DNA from: Octopus vulgaris
Lineage: Eukaryota
Assembly: GCA_951406725.2 (NCBI GenBank)
Contig: OX597840.1
Span: 28,458,001 to 28,522,000, forward strand
Reading direction: 5' to 3'
DNA: 64,000 nucleotides
A program made the translations under genes and the position numbers. The notes below the pieces were generated by a model that did not search any database, was not told the origin of the DNA, and was given only the letters and a program-made list of their open reading frames with translations. Each line of letters begins with the position of its first letter. The stretch's first letter is position 1. Below are positions 60,181 through 64,000 of the stretch, in pieces.

Positions 60181-60312
60181 ATTGCTTCCAACCACATGGT
60201 TCCGGGTTCAGTCCCCCTGCGTGGCATCTTCGCAAGTGTCTTCTGCTATAGCTTCGGGCCGACCAATGCCTTGTGAGTGGATTTGGTAGACGAAAACTGA
60301 AAGTAGCCTGTC

Positions 60313-60359
<47 letters not shown>

Positions 60360-60391
60360 CAAGCAATGCTAGGGGGACAAACACAGACACA

Positions 60392-60467
<76 letters not shown>

Positions 60468-60675
60468 CCTGTGTGTGTTTGTGTGTCTGTGTTTGTCCCC
60501 CTAGCATTGCTTGACAACCGATGCTGGTGCGTTTACGTCCTCGTCAATAAGCGGTTCGGCAAAAGAGACCGATAGAATAAGTACTAGGCTTACAAAGAAT
60601 AAGTCCTGGGGTCGATTTGCTCGACTAAAGGCGGTGCTCCAGCATGACTGAAACAAGTAAAAGAGTAAAAGAGTA
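60181..60675 (+). mobile_element. SINE family A with an internal inverted duplication
   Basis: 60356-about 60403 is the reverse complement of about 60470-60517. Confidence 0.9.
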
Positions 60676-60714
60676 TCATATAGTTACATTCGCCAGTAAA
60701 ACCTGTGAAATTAT

Positions 60715-60978
60715 CCACACCTAATCTAGACATAGACTAATTACAAATTTTACACGCTTCATTGAAATCTGAATAGTAACACATCTCCAACTCCAAACAA
60801 TAAAAACCTTCTATAATATCTTTCCATCAGCACCCACCCAACAAACATAGTGGCCTCGTACCGTTCTTTATTACATCGCCTATACAACCACTTAAGGGAC
60901 GCTTATACACCAGATCTAATTATCATTCTAGATAGCTCCACTCACCTCCAGAATTACAGCTTGCCAAAAATTATATAG
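60715..60978 (+). pseudogene. Decayed Penelope-like RT C-terminal/thumb fragment
   Basis: PNLDI..KPSII.. then (frameshift) SISTHPTNIVASYRSLLHRLY (60823-60978), resembling the PLE LDI/KP/S.HP..S..HR motifs. A CTGACGA..GAAA remnant follows near 61008-61051. Confidence 0.45.
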
Positions 60979-61167
60979 AGCTGAGATGTACTGTAATTTA
61001 ACACAGTCTGACGAAGTGTACTAGGCCACTGTCAACCATTTTGTTGCGAAAGTATGATAAATATGTACTCTATAGAAGTATGGAATAATTCTTTAGCTTA
61101 ATGTTAACTTGTTTTTATTATAACTCGACAAAAACATGTGTATGTTAAGATGTACAAATGCGTGTAC

Positions 61168-61234
<67 letters not shown>

Positions 61235-61275
61235 TAAAAAAAATGGAGTTAACGCAGGTGTAATCAAATATTTTT

Positions 61276-61361
61276 ACTTTCGACACATGTTTCGAAAATT
61301 CCACTGATACTATTCAAAAGAATAAATGGTATAAACAATGCAATCTTCTCCTCAGGAAAGT
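61276..61361 (-). ncRNA. Type I hammerhead ribozyme
   Basis: Minus strand ACTTTC-CTGAGGA-GAAGATT...AATTTTC-GAAAC-ATGT-GTC-GAAAGT; 6-bp stem I, GUC site. Confidence 0.82.
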
Positions 61362-61381
61362 GAAAAAAACGAAACTCGTCA

Positions 61382-61427
<46 letters not shown>

Positions 61428-61618
61428 TAAACGTATATTGTGTGTGTTTATTTAGAGGTACGACCGTTCCTATCGAGTTTAGAGTGCCACATAGATCATC
61501 ACCGTCGAGTCTGCTTCCGGTAGAATGGTTTACTTTCGTACGGAAGGAACACACGATAAAAATTGTGTTTATCATAATTTCCCTTCTATAAATGTGTATA
61601 TACATACATATATATATG

Positions 61619-61651
<33 letters not shown>

Positions 61652-61748
61652 ATGAGTGTGTGTGTGTGAACATATACATATATATACATATATATATATA
61701 TGTGTGTGTGTACATATACATATATATACATATATATATATATATACA

Positions 61749-61791
<43 letters not shown>

Positions 61792-61832
61792 ACATATACA
61801 TATATATACATATATATATCTATATATCTATA

Positions 61833-61895
<63 letters not shown>

Positions 61896-62446
61896 GTATA
61901 TGTATAATTTGGTTTACTGCGTAGAGATCGTCTCGTTAAGATAACGTTATCCGTACATTGGATATTTATTTACAAAACATTTACAACTTTCACCCTTACG
62001 TTGTCCATTTGTTTCAATACCAGTTTAGTGTTTTACTTGGCTTGAATCCATTGTAATCAGCTCTTATGTAAATATGTGTGTTGTCTGTGTTTTTGTGCTG
62101 GAATTAAATAAGCCAAGTTCATTCACATACACGCACGTACACGTAAGCTTGCAAGGTACCGCACGAGTGAAAATATATAGGAATATAGGAAAGAGGGTTT
62201 GGAAATGCAGACATCTTTTAAAGATGTTTATTGACTTGACCGGTTCATTCATTCTTTTATTCCCTTACTGGTTTCAGCCAGATGCTGGTGCCATGCTGGA
62301 GCACAATAACATTGTTACTTTCTTTAAAATCAGAAATTCAAGGGGGAAATGGTACCTCTTGCGAAATAAAATACTTCGATCACAAATTGGTTACAACTGA
62401 AGAATTGAGATGCTTGTTGACTACCAGTGAACTAAGATATTTCAAT

Positions 62447-62515
62447 TACCTGAAGATTGACTGTAACCATAACTCGAATTATTACGAATTGTACAGCCAT
62501 GAAACGATCGTAGTG
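62447..62515 (+). ncRNA. Type I hammerhead ribozyme
   Basis: TAC-CTGAAGA-T-TGACTGTA...TACAGCCA-T-GAAAC-GATC-GTA-GTG. Downstream sequence is related to the 54426 family. Confidence 0.72.
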
Positions 62516-62759
62516 TTTTACACATTATCTTTTATTAAACTTTTAATACTTTTGATATATATTTAAAATAATATAAATTAATTAATTTTATGTATTGGCT
62601 TATGTTTTTCATTGTTTGATTTGCCTAATAGTGGTTTTATCTCTAATTTAATATAATATATATATATATATATAAGTGGATAGATAGATAGATGGACAGA
62701 TAGATATACATACATAGATAGATACATAGAAACGTATGACGTACGTTATGTGTCTTTTA

Positions 62760-63160
62760 TGTGTGTGTGTGTTTGTATTTTTCCCCGCTACCACTTGACA
62801 ACCAATGTTGGTTTGTTTATGTCCCCGTGACTTCATGATTTGTCAAAAAATACGACCGAGAAAGTAAGTGTTGAGTTCGATTACTTCGACAAATCACTTG
62901 AAGGTGGTGCCCCAAGATAGCCGCAGTCCAATAATTGAAACAAATAAAAGATGCTTTTTATTAAAAAAACTATATTAGGCGCAGGAGTGGCTGTGTGGTA
63001 AGTAGCTTGTTTACCAACCACATGGTTCCGGGTTCAGTCCCACTGCGTGGCACCTTGGGTAAGAGTGTCTTCTACTATAGCCTCGGGCCGACCAAAGCCT
63101 TGTCAGTGGATGTGGTAGACGGAAACTGAAAGAAGCCCGTCGTATATATGTATATATATA

Positions 63161-63233
<73 letters not shown>

Positions 63234-63368
63234 GACGGGCTTCTTTCAGTTTGCGAAGATGATCCGGTTCTTGACTGAAGATTGAAGGCTTCGAAAGTCC
63301 CGTCCGTGTTTTTTGTGTCGTCTTCTAAATGTTTCACGTTCTTGTCCCAGTTTGTGTTTTTTTACTTT

Positions 63369-63426
<58 letters not shown>

Positions 63427-63625
63427 TGTGTTTGTCCCCCCAGCATCGCTGATGTGTTTACGTCCCCGTAACTTAGCGGCTCGGCAAAAGAGAAACCGAT
63501 AGAATAAGTACTAGGCTTACAAAAGAATAAGTCCTGGGGGTCGATTTGCTCGACTAAAAGGCGGTGCTCCAGCATGGCCGCATTCAAAATGACTGAAACA
63601 AGTATAAAGAGTAAAAAAGAGAGTA
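62760..63625 (+). mobile_element. SINE family A: diverged 3' half (62760-62952) and a full copy (62978-63625) interrupted in its internal TA tract
   Basis: Head 62978-63144, insert 63231-63370, body 63420-63625. Confidence 0.88.
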
Positions 63626-64000
63626 AGGAGCAAATACATAAATATATCATAGAGACGCTAGCTAACAAGTGTAGAGTGAGACTTGGTCGAAATATGGTCT
63701 TCAACAAAGAATGGGAATTTCAGACTTCAGCGCAAAGAAACAATGTCCCCCCAATCAAGTTATTACGCTTCGCTTACTAAAACACACTTCGGCCATTTTT
63801 TTTAATGGCCGCGTTTATTCCTTGTTGTCTTTTCGTCCATTTTGTTTTCATTTCATTTCTTTGTTTTTATTTTTTTACTACATTTTGTTTATGTTCAACT
63901 ATTTATTTTACTACCCTAATCACCAAATCACCACCACCGCAGCCAATATTATTATAGATGCAATTATTATTATTAACATTATTATTATTATTATTATTAT

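Noticed and set aside
61003-61075. Intact hammerhead at CTGACGA..GAAAGTA
   Set aside because: Stem I does not pair; kept only as a remnant.

Overview
Eukaryotic, AT-rich and heavily microsatellite-laden genomic DNA. The SINE families and repeat landscape point to an octopus or other coleoid cephalopod (inference from recalled repeat families, not a database match). Almost all ORFs in the six-frame track are artefacts of simple repeats or SINEs. One host coding exon is supported: 59149-59243 (+), MNNGAGEYLCVGDYISLYSVETEGYGYSFQT, resembling the N-terminus of an IP3-receptor-like channel, so most of the window is probably its upstream or intronic region. Mobile elements include at least four tRNA-derived SINE families (two forming tandem arrays), three decayed Tc1/mariner transposase relics, MITEs, two non-autonomous Helitrons (one keeps a PIF1 helicase C-terminus), and fragments of RTE, R4/Dong, Tx1-like and Penelope-like retroelements. 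The most striking unannotated signal is about a dozen type I hammerhead ribozyme motifs from roughly eight unrelated short sequence families. Most sit in or beside (TA)n tracts and many have an inverted partial copy, consistent with Penelope-like pseudo-LTRs or retrozyme-like mini-elements. Also notable are a (GATA)n-associated Tx1-like LINE whose 3' tail is shared with a Meta-domain-like SINE, and recurrent mirror duplications centred on TA tracts. All folds and alignments were done by eye and element boundaries are approximate.
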